Shown here: piece by piece, positions 48,965-64,000 of the stretch
How the letters are laid out: each line of letters opens with the position of its first letter
Numbering within the stretch: position 1 is the first letter of the stretch
Assembly (NCBI RefSeq): GCF_009914755.1
Contig: NC_060926.1
From: the human T2T-CHM13v2.0 reference genome, Homo sapiens
Reading direction: 5' to 3' (one strand)
Length of the DNA: 64,000 nucleotides
Translations under genes and position numbers: made by a program
The notes under the pieces: model-generated
The model's database searches: none
What the model saw: the letters and a program-made list of their open reading frames with translations, nothing else
What the model was told of the DNA's origin: nothing

Positions 48965-51124
48965 ACAGTCTAGACCTATAACTGTTTTCCCTCAGGCCAC
49001 CCCAACTGAAGGGAAAAGACAAGGATATGACTAAGACTTCTAATGCTAATAGAAGTAGCTTTTCAAGTTCACTCACATCCTTTGGCTGGTTTCCAGAATA
49101 TGTCCCAAGTTTTTCTGCTTCAAATGTTAATGCTGTTTTCTGCCATCTGTTAACTTTATTTAGCAACTGCTTCTTCTGTTATCTCAGAATATGACCTTGA
49201 TATTATTGCTGAGGTCTGACCTTGCTATTTGAATGATATCAGTCTTACTGCTTCTCCTTGAGGTGTGACAGTCCTCTGATTTACTTGGAGGAGTCTTTCC
49301 TTCTGTATCAGTGTTACAGATATTTTATTTGATTCCCAAAAGTGTAGTTTAGTTTCCTCAAAAATCTTAGGATAATTTTATCTGTATTTTATTCAATTCC
49401 TCCAGGTCAAAGGGAATTTGGTGGCATCACTCAAAGACACATTCAGATTTATCTTTCAATTCCCCAGCTTGAACGAGCAGCCTCTGTTTCCTGGGGATTC
49501 CTCTCTTGACTCTATATATACTTCACTGCTTAACTCAAGATCTCTTTAAAGAGGTGCAGTGAGTGAGAATTATTGGGGGCCTGGGAGGCAGCAAATGTGC
49601 AACTTTGTTGATCCTAACTCATCATTCTGTGATGCTGGGCATTTTAGGGGTCTAAACTAAGATTGCTGAGTTTGAATCACATGAAAATGAAGGCACAGAG
49701 ATAAGAAGATGAAGATTGAAAAGTTAGCTTCATTACTAATTTACACCCATAGTTTTAGATTTGTGGCTGAAAGAGATTGTAAACAACCGTCTGGCTTTTT
49801 CCCCAGAAATTGAACTTCCTACTGCAGAAAACTTCCTGCTAAGGTTATCACCTCTTGGAGAACAAACTGGAATGACAGAGTCGTGTGTCCAGGCTGGCTC
49901 CTCAAAAGATCCCAGAAGAGGTGACCCAAGCCCAGCCAAACATGTCCTTCAAAATTCACCCAGTCAGACAAGTCATTTCTCTCATGGGGTAGAGTAAGTG
50001 AAGAGTGGAAGGAGGCTGAAAGCGATCCTCTTCTACTCATCCCTTCATGGAAAACATTAGGAGAGGTGAATATATGTTTTTCTCTATTGAGTCCTAGGAC
50101 ATCTCTCTGCCCAGGGATGTTAGGGAAGAAGCACACAGCACTCTGAAATTCCCAACATTCGTGCCTCTCATTGCCAGGAGGGCTGTTGGCCTGTGGCGGC
50201 ATGCCAGACATCCTGAATTAGGCATGCCATAAGTACGTTCACCTACCTCTGAATCTTTTTTTATACTGTTTCAAAAATACCATTGTAATTACCAAATAAA
50301 ACCACACCTACATAAGTGAGGTAGAAAGATAAGGATAAACACAGCTTTGAATTTAGGGACAAGATCCAGAGTCTGATGAGACCCTTCACTATGACCTAGT
50401 AATTCACAGTTTTCTTCCCATCATGTTTCATTTGAAGAACTATTTGTTATTGTATAGTACAAATGAAGTAGGAGTAAGTTTCATATGTTTTTATCTAGAT
50501 ATATGAATAGGTGTGTGCATGAATATGTATGTAAATTGCCTGTTCATGGCAGAATATGCATATGTAAATGTGTTGCCTGTGCTTTCCTGACATAAATATT
50601 TCATTGATTTCTGTTATGAGGTTTGAGACTGGAGGTTTGGACCCCTGTGTGTTGCCTTTGAGCTCTTTCTCACATGTAATTTGCACATTAAACATGTATG
50701 TATGCTTCTTTATAGCTCTATAATTGTCACATCTACATAATATATGTGCTGAATAGACAGCTTCTTTTCCTTTTGAATTAAAATTTCAAAAATACTAATC
50801 CACCTCTAGAAGCAAAAACACTTATCAAAGCATGCAATAAGATACTCATTAACACTGACAAATGAAAAACATGTTGTAATTATGGTGCACAATAAGTTCT
50901 GATGGTGGGCACAGAGAACTATGCAATGGGCTTTACAAGCCATAACACCACCTCAGCACTGTCTGACAAGCAGCCAGACCCTACCCTGGGTCTACTGTAT
51001 TTACCCAACATCCCAGGAATTTTGTGCAAATTAGTTTCTGAGAAACATTTTTAAAAGATCGTGTGAGTAGATAAGGAGCAAAACATAAGATCTTTACCAT
51101 CCCATTGTATTTTATGTTTAATAA

Positions 51125-51340
51125 ACACTTACATAGTACTGATCAGATATTGTTCTAGGAACTTGAAATAGATGAGCTCATCTAGCCCTCATAGCAAATC
51201 TGTAAGTTAGAAACTACTATTATTCCCATATTGTCGGTTGGGATTGGGGGGATTGAGGCATAGCGAAGTTAAGCAGGTTGTCTAAGGTCAGCCAGCTGAG
51301 ACTTGAATGCAGACAAGGCTGGTGCTAAAGGTCAGGCATA
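51125..51340 (-). mobile_element. MIR
   Basis: actactattattcccatatt...ttgaggcatagcgaagttaagcaggttgtctaaggtca core. Confidence 0.6.
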
Positions 51341-52906
51341 CAGTCACTCCACCTCCCTCCCTCCAGCCTGAGCATGTGATACCCAACAGCATTCTAGTCC
51401 TAGTGATCCTACTGCTCCCTTAACCCTCTGGGCCTTCCAGTCTCCCTCTTTAAAAGAAGATTGATTTATAGCTATTTACTAAACCCATTCCAGTAGTGGG
51501 ATGAGAACAAATGAAATGGACCTTGAGTTTCTCAAAGTTTTTACCCTGATTCAATATATAATTTTAATTGTCTGCAAGTATTTTTTTAATATCTTAAGAT
51601 AAACCTATCAATTGGTTGAAAACTTATAAACAAATTCTAACTTTGTTATGCTATTTCAGTTGTTGCAAGTAAGATTTGAGGCAAATCGAATGAGTTGATG
51701 GATGTAACATGAAAAGGCTTTGATAGCTTCCAACCGTGAAGCTCTAACCCCCTGAGTATTTAGTCTTGCAAATTGCTTCCTCCATGTTCTAGCAGATGCC
51801 TTCTTAGTAGTCTAGTTCCTGAAATGAATCCATCTTCTCAGTTGTGTTCCTGGGTCCAGACCTTAAACCCTGGCCACAATTACGAACACTAATTGGTAGG
51901 CTCAGCAGAGAGGCTAAGGGTTGAATAAAAGAACAAAAGTAGGTTCTCTCTTTAGAACTGTGTGAATGAAAAGGGTGGGAAAGGTCAGCTTGCTGCTGCC
52001 TGCACTGAGTCCACTCTGGAAGAGAGGACTTCAGTCTGGCACATCTCCCAGCAAACAAAACAGAAAAGAAATCCCACAAGGCAAAATTTTCTCTTTGGAT
52101 TTTGCCAGATGATACAGATCTTACAGAAAAGCACACAAAAAAGAAACCAATCTACCCCATAGTTTTTGGGCCAAAATGAGATTATATTTAGACAATGGCC
52201 CTGGGTCCTACAAATTGTCTGAGGAGCCCTTGCCATGTGACTCTGCTTCACTGAGAGCTTACTGTTGAACCCAGCCAGCAACTCACTCCAGGATCCTAGG
52301 GTGGTCTGGCAGGCATAGGTCTAGGGCATTCTGTGCCCACCGTGCCAAGGACGAAAGGACAGGAAGGCAGGAGCAGGATGAATAAACAGACAGGAGGCTC
52401 TCAATGATTTCGATGGGAAAAAGATCACACACAGCTTTTCTTTTGAAGTGGCAGTGACATTATGAAATGAATAGTTTTTCCTCTCAGGACAAAATGGGAG
52501 CAATTTCCCTGGGGCATTTTTGCTCAGGTTTTGGACCGACAGGAATGCATGGTCTGGATTCAGGTGAAAGTAGAAAAGTACTTAAATGTCTAATGGATTC
52601 CAAGACTACACCTTTAGCTGGTCATCATTAGTTAAAAATCCGTATAGTTTGATTTCCGAAAATTTCCAAATGAAAATCGTGAATGGATTTTTCCTCTATC
52701 CAGAAGAGTTCTAGGTGTAAGAAGTTTGATATGTGTGGCCCATGGCAAAATATTTTAAAACAGCCCAAAGCCTTTCATCAAATGACCAAATTAAATGATC
52801 ATATTGAGCACAGGGTCATTTATCTCAATCATGATATTCAGACACACAGAAACACAACGAAGATAACATCTCATATCTGGAGATTGTAACCAGAGAAACT
52901 CTCTAG

Positions 52907-53207
<301 letters not shown>

Positions 53208-53612
53208 CTGATTGTTTGTTTAAATTAAGCTCATCAAACACTTGAAACAAACATGATTCAAAGCACCATTAGGTGTTGGAGTAAATTTGAATAGGACCAT
53301 AAACTCAAAGAGCATTCATGAATACTTTTTGATAATAAAATTGGAATTCCCCAGGGTTAATGATATATGCAGCAAAAGAATTGCCAAATCTTTTCTAAAT
53401 CTAGGCTGGCGTTTTCTAAACCTGGACCCCCATTTTCCTTTGTAATTTATTTGTCTGGTCTTTACGCCTGGGTGAGTTTATCAGCTCTTTCCACCCAGAT
53501 TCTCTATCCCTACACCAATTGAGAAACTCAAGAAAGGAAAGTTGAACCTTGGTTTAACTCTTAATGCCCTGGCGTGTTGAATCACTGTTACTGCTGAACA
53601 CAAAGAATTTGC

Positions 53613-53770
53613 AGCCAGGTGTAGTGGCTCACGCCTATAATCCCAGCACGTTGAGAAACTGAGGTGAGAGGATTGCTTGAGCCCAGGAATTAAGCTCGCA
53701 GTGAGCTACGATCATATCACTGCACTCCATCCTGGGCAACAGAGCAAGAGTGAGATCCTGTCTCCAAAAA
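53613..53770 (+). mobile_element. Alu monomer (FRAM-like)
   Basis: agccaggtgtagtggctcacgcctataatccc...gagatcctgtctcc, single arm. Confidence 0.82.
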
Positions 53771-54005
53771 AGAAAGAAAGAAGGGGGAAGAAGGGGAAAG
53801 AAAAAAAGGGAGAAAGGGAGAAAGAAAGAAAGAGAGAGAGAGGGAGGGAGGGGAGGGAGGGAAGGAAGGGAAAAGAGAGGGAGGGAGGGGAGGGAGGGAA
53901 GGAAGGGAAAAGAGAGGGAGGGAGGGGAGGGAGGGAAGGAAGGGAAAAGAGAGGGAGGGAGGGGAGGGAGGGAAGGAAGGGAAAAGAGAGGGAGAGGGAG
54001 AAAGA
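53766..54005 (+). repeat. 240-bp pure polypurine tract containing a 37-bp minisatellite x4
   Basis: Only A and G from 53766 to 54005; aaaagagag recurs at 53871, 53908, 53945 and 53982. Confidence 0.95.
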
Positions 54006-54623
54006 TCTCTGGCAAACTAAGGTATTTCACAAATAGTCCAACTTTGGGGTTCTTATGTTTTATTATGTTGTACTATATTATACAGAAATACTGCAATCAT
54101 ATTGTAGTAGATATCATTTAATTGATCTGTATGAATGCCTATAATGTAGGACATAATTAGCAATACAAGGAATACACTTTAGTTGTTCCTTTAATTCTGA
54201 ATACAAAGTTTACATAAATATAGCACAAAGGAATTTTCTGGAAGTGTTGGCAGCTAAGCAGCTGGACCAGTGTTATTTATTTATTTATTTATTTGCCTCC
54301 AAAACTGTCTCTTCCTATAAGAATTCCATAGCATAACACAGGCATCACCAGAACCTTTGTTCAACAAACTGACATTAAAACTCTAATAAATAAAGTCAAA
54401 GAAAAGGGAGATGTGTTTCTGAAGCCAAGTGGTGAGACTAACATCCTAAAAAAATGTTGATTCTAGCAGATGTACTTCACCTTTCAAAATGATAAAATCT
54501 AGAAAGCTTTCATTTCTCTTGAGGATCACAACAATTTGGCTTTCGGACATATCACGGAGAGTGTATTCTCCAAAGGCACAAAAATAACCGTTTTAGTGAG
54601 TGCTGGCACATTATTTGAAGTAA

Positions 54624-55067
<444 letters not shown>

Positions 55068-55829
55068 TAGTACTGTCTGGGGCAAATGGATCAGATGAGT
55101 GAGGAGGAGTCCTGGCCCTCTGGCTACAATTGTGGGGTGTGGCATCTCTATCAGTCCCACTGATATTTCATCCTCCTTCTAAATAAACAACAAGCATCAC
55201 CATTTACAAAAAGTATATATTACTTCAAGGGCTACTGAGATTCATTCCTCTGACAAATACTAGCCTGTTGATCTTGCTCAGGACTCCCTCACTGTAAAGC
55301 CCATTCCCCCAAACCCCCCCACCCTACCCCCTGCACAGTGTATTCTAGGCAATTGCAGTTAGTAGGTTAACTAGGAGGCTGTTCAGACTGAATGACCCAG
55401 AGTCCTAGAAAGACATTAAAGATCTAGATTTATGCTGTCCAATAGAAATGCAAGTCACATATGCACAGTGGTCCCCCTTATCCACAGTTTCTGTGATTTC
55501 AGTTACCCACAGGTAACTGTGGTCTGAAAATATTAAATGGTAAATTTTGGAAGCAATTCATAAATTTTAAGTTGTGCACTGTTTGGAGTAGCGATGAAAT
55601 CTCATGCTGTCCTGCTCTGTCCTACCCAGAATATGAATTATCCCTTTGTCCAGTGTCTCCAAGCTGTCCACACTCCCAGCCTGTTAGTCACTTGGTAGTC
55701 ATCTCGGTTATGATGTTGGCAGTCCTGGTATCCAGTGCTTGTGTTCAAGAAACCCTTAATTTACTTAATAGTGGCCCTAAAGCTCAAGAGGAGTGATCCT
55801 GGTAATTCAGAAAAGCCCAAGAGAATTCA

Positions 55830-56648
<819 letters not shown>

Positions 56649-57044
56649 TTCATATGCTGAAGTTGCTAAAATCTGCAGTTAGAATGAGTCTTTTATCCGT
56701 GAATTGTGAAGAAGGAAAAATAACTTTGTGCTAGTTTTGCTGTCACATCTCAAACTGCAAAAGTTACAGCCACAGTGTATGACAAGAGCTTAGTTAAGAT
56801 ATAAAACTCATTAAATTTATGGGTGGAGGACAGGAACAGAAACATGTTCCGATTGATGGCACTCAGGTTTGGTACTATGTATGGTTTCAGGCAGTCACTG
56901 CGGGTCTTGGAATGTATTCCCTTGGATAAGGGGGACTGCTGTAATTTAAAATTTTCTAGTAACCTTGTTTAAAGGTTTTTAAAACAACAGGTAAAGTTAA
57001 TTTTAATAGATTATTCTTAACCTAATATAGTCCAAATAATCTAT

Positions 57045-58394
<1,350 letters not shown>

Positions 58395-58729
58395 TTGTAA
58401 TATATTAGGTCTTTGATCATTGCCCTGAAGGTAATCATCCTCTCACAGGCCATCACCAACCCCTTCTTTGCATGGATGCCCTCTGCACTCAATACACTTG
58501 AGCTGCGACATGTTGTCAGTGTTGTCCTGTGAACAGGATGCCCCCCGACATCCTACTTAGGCTCTGACACTTTGTACCTGGCTGCCACTCTACTCTCTTA
58601 TCCCTTATCTAAGCCCATAGCCACATGGAGGAGAGTAGATAATTAAACATAGTCAGGGTTCAGTTAGCAAGGAAGAAGAGGAAAGTAGATTTTGGATAGG
58701 CAGCCAACAGTGCCTACTACAAACATCCA

Positions 58730-59222
58730 TTACCATTTTGGTATCAGTAACGACTGTCTTTTGGGCAACTTTGCAGCTGTTCAAACTGTCCTTGTGGTTT
58801 GAGTGAGGTCGGATCCATCTTTGGCTCCCATGAGGGCCAGTTAAACATATTTCAAGCCCTTGACACTGTGGCTGGTTCGAGAATGGGCATAGGACCTAAG
58901 TCAGGCCAATGAGAGCCTTGCCTAAAATTGCTAAAAGGATTATGTAGAAATTGAATCTCTTTCTACTAGTATTACCAAACCTGGGGCTGCTAATAATCAT
59001 CTTGCCACCACATCAGAAAATGAATCCAACATAAAGGAAAGCAGATCTGTGACTTGGAGAAAAAGACAGATTCCATGCATTATCATGTAAGCACCTTGAT
59101 CCAGCCATGCCTGAAGCTAGATATACTCCTTGGCTTTAGCTATATGAACCAATAACTTCTTTTTGCTTAAACCAATTTGAAATGTATTTCTGACTCTTTT
59201 AATCAAAAGAATAACTGATACA
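58730..59222 (+). mobile_element. MLT1J/K-like MaLR LTR
   Basis: gatccagccatgcctgaagctaga...tttttgcttaaaccaatttga...aaagaataactgataca. Confidence 0.65.
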
Positions 59223-60939
59223 GCTGGACCTTAGATGGCTTTTATATTCTTGGGGAGGCTTAGGTGCTGTAATTCTTAGCCTAATATAGTGGGATGAGGC
59301 AAAGATAATAACTATGAACTTTAAGTGAGAACTTCATGAAAAAGTTGAAGGGTCAGTAATGGTTAAAAAACATTTCCTTGGACCCTGATACATTTTTACA
59401 TCGCATGCCAGGCTTGCTTAACTAGTCTGCCTCCTTTCCATATCTGAAAAATGGTGACAACAACACTGAAACTTTCAAACTACTCCTCCCAAAGATCAGG
59501 CAAGGAATTCTTAGCACATGTTTTAAAACAACTTCAATTCCTCAAGAGATGCAACTGTGTTCTTTATCGTATTTTCCTATGCTGCACTTCTATTCATCCC
59601 CTAGCTTGCAGCCAAGAAAAAGAACTGTTATTAAACACTTGAACATATGGCATATATCACTTTTTGGAAAATAAACTTATTCAAGAAAGAGCTTTGGAGG
59701 CCACATGTGGGCATCTCAAGATAGTGATCCAAAAGGAAGTCAGAAGCCTCAAATGAACGAAATAAGTGTTTTAGTCCAAAGACAATGATTTGGTTCTCTA
59801 GGCTTGTTTTAGTCACCTGTTTGGTACCGGGACGGAGGTCACTCTTCCAGTTGTTCACTGCAGCATCTTGCAAAGAAAAGCGTTGGCAAAGAAAAGTGAG
59901 GCAAAGAGAAACAGTCAGCAGGACTCAACCGGCAACTGTGTGTGACCAGAAATGTGGGACATGAAGCAGCTTTTCTTACAGCTGTGCATGTCACATTGTC
60001 TCTTTAAACCTAAAAACTTGGAATTTCAGGAGACTTCTTTCTGTTCTTTATTCTTTTTTCCTTTCAAATGACAGATTTCTCCTTTCCTTTGTCCCTTATG
60101 ATTTCCAGTCCCCACTGTGTGTCTGCCCCGCCCTTGGTTTGAGGATGTGGTGCTGTGATCCAGCCATGTGGCAGAACCACACGGTTGCTACTAAACTGCC
60201 ACTCACTCCCCAGGGGAAAAGACTTAGCTATAATCCTGTAATCTTTTCTTCAAACAATGACTCCATTTCACTTGAAGTAGACAAAAATGAATGGCTTTTG
60301 TCATTTGGAATCTGAGCACATATGGATGATTTTTAAGTTAAAAAAAAAACTAACTGTAAAGATGGCAACAGTATTTTTCTGTGTTGAGGACAAATGTGAT
60401 CTCATTATACTAAAAACATGTTGGAATGCTCTACTTACTCTTATTTCCTTATCCTGATGAAGCTGCAAAGAAGACTGAGCTTACTCTTGCCTCACGTTCA
60501 TCAGATAAGGTAGATATTATAGGAGCTGGGATATAGGTGGAGTAGCTCTAGCCATATAGCATTTTTTAAGATCTGACAAAAAGAAGGAAGCTAAAGCTTC
60601 AGTATATGGCTGTATAAGATGATTGGCAATTCATTTTTCATTATCATAAAAAGAATACGTTTAGTAAATAAATTTAGATTCCTTTAAAAGACAGCCTGTC
60701 TAAACTTTCTTCTGTAAACTACAAGCCCAATAGCACAAACCTAGGGAAACTCACCCTGCCCTGGATAAAAGAGAAGCTTCATGGCTCAACTTTTTACTTG
60801 AATTTCACACTTATAAAGTGACCTGTCAAAGGTATAAATTGACTTTATACCTCCAGTGAGATCTTTGGTCTTTTAGGAAAAAGAAAAGGATCACCTGGTT
60901 TCTTTCCTCCATAAGTTCTTAGATAGCCAATTACCAAAC

Positions 60940-61590
60940 CTAACAGACACTACTTCCTAAGCAATTGTAGTGTTTGTTTCCTCTTTTACCTCCCCATCTG
61001 TTCAAAGTCCTATAATTTCTCACCTGAATGACTGCAAAAGTTACCTAACTAATTTCCTTAACCAAATCTTCCGCCCTGCCATAAGATGCTTAAATTTTAT
61101 CAGTGTCTCCAAGGTGCCTCCAGTGCACTGCAGAACTCAGTCTTTTGAATCTGTCCCTGCTAATCCCTCCTGCCTCAACTCTGTCACTTTTCCCATTTGA
61201 TGCTCCAAGATGCCAAATCACTTGGGGATTCTCTTACTGTCCCGTGTAGGTCTTTCTTTCATTTGAACCTTTGCATATGCTGTTACCTCCTCCAGTAACC
61301 CACTCTGCCAATTCGTAGCTGGTTAAATAACTGCTCCTGGAATTTCGAAACTTAGCTCAGATACCAGACATCTTTTGTGACTTCCCATCTGCATCCAAGC
61401 AAGGAACATTTGCCTATTTGCCCCCTATGCTGTCCTCCATCATAGCACTAATATTATTATCTTTTACTTGTTTGTCTTACCTATACACCTGGGAAGAGTT
61501 GGGCCTTTCATTTCCACATTTCCATCACCTACCATGGTTCTCAACTTATAGTTGGTGCCCAAATGTTGAATGAATGAATGAACAATGTAG
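60940..61590. mobile_element. L2 remnant
   Basis: cctttgcatatgctgttacctcc...aaatgttgaatgaatgaatgaa L2 terminal repeat. Confidence 0.6.
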
Positions 61591-61639
61591 AATGTGGAGA
61601 ACTGATTGTGGTTATATAAAGTTTAAGCATTTGGGGGGC

Positions 61640-61903
61640 TTTCTTTTCTTTTCTTTCTGTAGTGATGCGATCTTGGCTCACTGCAACTTCCACCTCCCAG
61701 GTTCAAGCAATTCTCGTGCCTCAGCCACCCAAATAGCTGGGATTGCATGCGTGCGCCACCACGCCTAGGTAATTTTTGTATTTGTAGTAGAAATGGGGTT
61801 TCACCATGTTGGCCAGGCTGGTCTTGAACTCCTGACCACAAGTGATCCATGCAACTTGGCCTGCCAAAGTGCTGGGATTACAGGTGTGGGCCACAGCACT
61901 TGG
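61640..61903 (-). mobile_element. Alu (3' end eroded)
   Basis: gcgatcttggctcactgcaac...gattacaggtgtgggccac. Confidence 0.88.
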
Positions 61904-64000
61904 CAGGAGTTTGATTTTCAATTGACAATGGCTCTGACCAACTCTAGGTCCTTGTGTGAATTTATTGAGTTGGACATTTTTGGTTAGGTTGTTAGAAACT
62001 TTGAAATATATATTGAATCTCTGTTCCAGTTAACTGTAACAGCACTAAATTCTTCAACACAGAACACTGTAAGGCAAACACATAAATTCACCATAGGGAG
62101 CCAATAAAAGGTGTTAGAAACAGGAGGAAAGTTACTGATAAAATGTGACAAGGTTTTCAAACAGAGGCAATATTGTTAATTTAAATTGCAGAGACCTTAT
62201 TCACACTCACCAAAATACAAAGGAAAAAGATTGCAACTCATTTTGGAATATTTGGAAGATGAAACAGTCCTTGAACTCCCTGTACCTGAGTCAGAGTACA
62301 TAGTCTAGCAACACTTATCAAAATTTATGCTCTACCACTAAGGAAATTGAACTTTATATCCTAGTAAGGCTGGTTTCCTTAGTCTTTTCTAAATTCATTA
62401 TTTTTAGTACAGATTCCACATCCTTACTCATGTATCCTCTGATTTAGAATATTCTATGTCCTATCTTTAGTCTAATCAACTTTAGTTCTTCTATGTTCTT
62501 TATTCTCAGCCTAAATCCTGCCTTCAAAGAAGCCTCCCCTAACTACCTGGCCCATATGAACTGTGCCTTTTCTGATTTTCTACCACACACACATAGACGC
62601 TACTCACATGGCTCCTCTTGTACCCTGACTCCAACACTCCTTTATGCCTGTTGCGGTCTACAATCGAATGACAACTTTTCATTGTCCTCACATCTCTCAT
62701 CTTCCCTCTGTACCTGGTGTAAGTGACCTCCATGGTTGATCATTAGAATCATTCCTTTGACTATATTTTCAACTCTTGCTTATAATACGTGCTTAACAAA
62801 ACCCTGATCCAAGCAGTTTCAACTTTCTGCCTATGGTGCAACCGCCTTTACATAGCTGAGCATGACTGACTGAAAGAAAATGTCACCATGACACCTGGTC
62901 TCATTTTGAATACATGATCACTAGCCTCGAGTGGGTTCTGCTTGACAATCTTTTCTTAGGTCCCTATTCCATTCACTCTTCCATTCTCCTAGACATCTAT
63001 ATCATGTTGTCTTGTGATTGTTTATTGGCTTGATCCCCAGTTATTTGAGAGTTTTTGCAAGTTATAAATGACTTGTGGGCAGGAGCCCATTGGCCCATGC
63101 CCCTTTTATATCCTTAATAACGCTAAGCACATGAGTGGTGCCCATGTAAATAGGCCAAGATCCTCTAATAGATTCCCTATCCCACTCTCAGTATATGGCA
63201 AGGAATTTCTGGAGACTAGGAAGTTTGACTAAGTGTAGAAGGCCCCAAAGTTATTTGAAATTTACCCTGATAGAGAATGCTGACAGTGAGGGTGGGGGGA
63301 AAGAAACAAATGAGGCTCCTTTGTATTCAGTGGGGGATAGCCAATCAAGGCAGCAAAAAGCTAATTGTTGGGAGGACCAGCTCTAGAGTCAGGTTGCCTG
63401 GGTTTTTCAGTTGGCATCGCTGGCAGCTGGCTTAGGGGATAATAAAATTGGTTGAAGTGAATTGCATTTTGAAAAAGCATGTAGGCAATTGGCCCTACTT
63501 TGGCAGTGGTGGAATTACTTTCATTTTACATCAAGGTAATCTGTTTTACAAACACAAATACAACTTCTGGGGAGGACAGTGATTTCTACAACTGGCCAGT
63601 CAAAACCTTGGGAAGGTGACACAGCTGGTGACCTGAACCAAGAAGGGCTTTGGTGCTGTTTGAGTTCAGGGTAGAACAGTCATCTATGTTCATCTGATAT
63701 GTCCTCCTCTTAACATTCTACCTCTTGTTGAGTTTTGTGCTAGGCACGAAAGAATATATAAGCCAAGTATAAGACATTGTCCTGTCTTCAAAAAGCTTAG
63801 CCTGGCTATGTAAGAGATTCTCAAAGGCACGTACTCTAAGTTGGGGACATGCTGCACAGTCAGGTGTTAGGTTGTGCGAGGTAGTAAGTGTTCAGAGAAG
63901 AAGGCAAACAGAATAGTTAGAAGCACAGGAACCTGGCCTAGTTAGCTGATGGGCTAATTTACTTTTCTGTGTTATCTGAGTACTGCCAAGGAATCCCGAG

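Noticed and set aside
53635-54121. R/E/G/K-rich and P/S/L/F-rich ORFs
   Set aside because: Stop-free only because the DNA is a pure purine repeat
59802-59895. Possible exon (ttctctag|...aaa|gtgagg)
   Set aside because: Short pyrimidine tract and weak donor; not supportable without transcript data
60830-60852. 9-bp inverted repeat aggtataaa/tttatacct
   Set aside because: Short and AT-rich; plausible by chance in 64 kb

Overview
This is primate (very likely human) non-coding genomic DNA, intergenic or intronic, and dominated by interspersed repeats. By manual count it holds about 44 Alus. It also has a 5'-truncated ~5 kb L1PA7-like element with a 16-bp TSD, several old L1M/L2/MIR remnants, solo LTRs (MER39, LTR16, LTR10, THE1B, MST, MLT1, MLT2) and DNA-transposon fossils (Charlie1, MER2, Tigger4, MER44, MER5). 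I found no intact protein-coding gene, structural RNA gene or CRISPR-like array. The listed ORFs are broken L1 ORF1/ORF2 pieces, Alu read-throughs or chance frames. I cannot support a new biological system here. The best leads are an LTR10 solo LTR whose 28-bp VNTR lacks the AP-1 motif, next to a CpG-retaining unique block with a candidate 28-nt microexon; candidate + strand non-coding exons near 49.4-50 kb; a three-armed Alu with mismatches clustered at the duplication junction; a 25-bp templated insertion; an inverted Alu fusion; an old local duplication; and a 240-bp pure-purine minisatellite. Subfamily names come from my recall of consensus sequences and boundaries are approximate; RepeatMasker/Dfam should confirm them.
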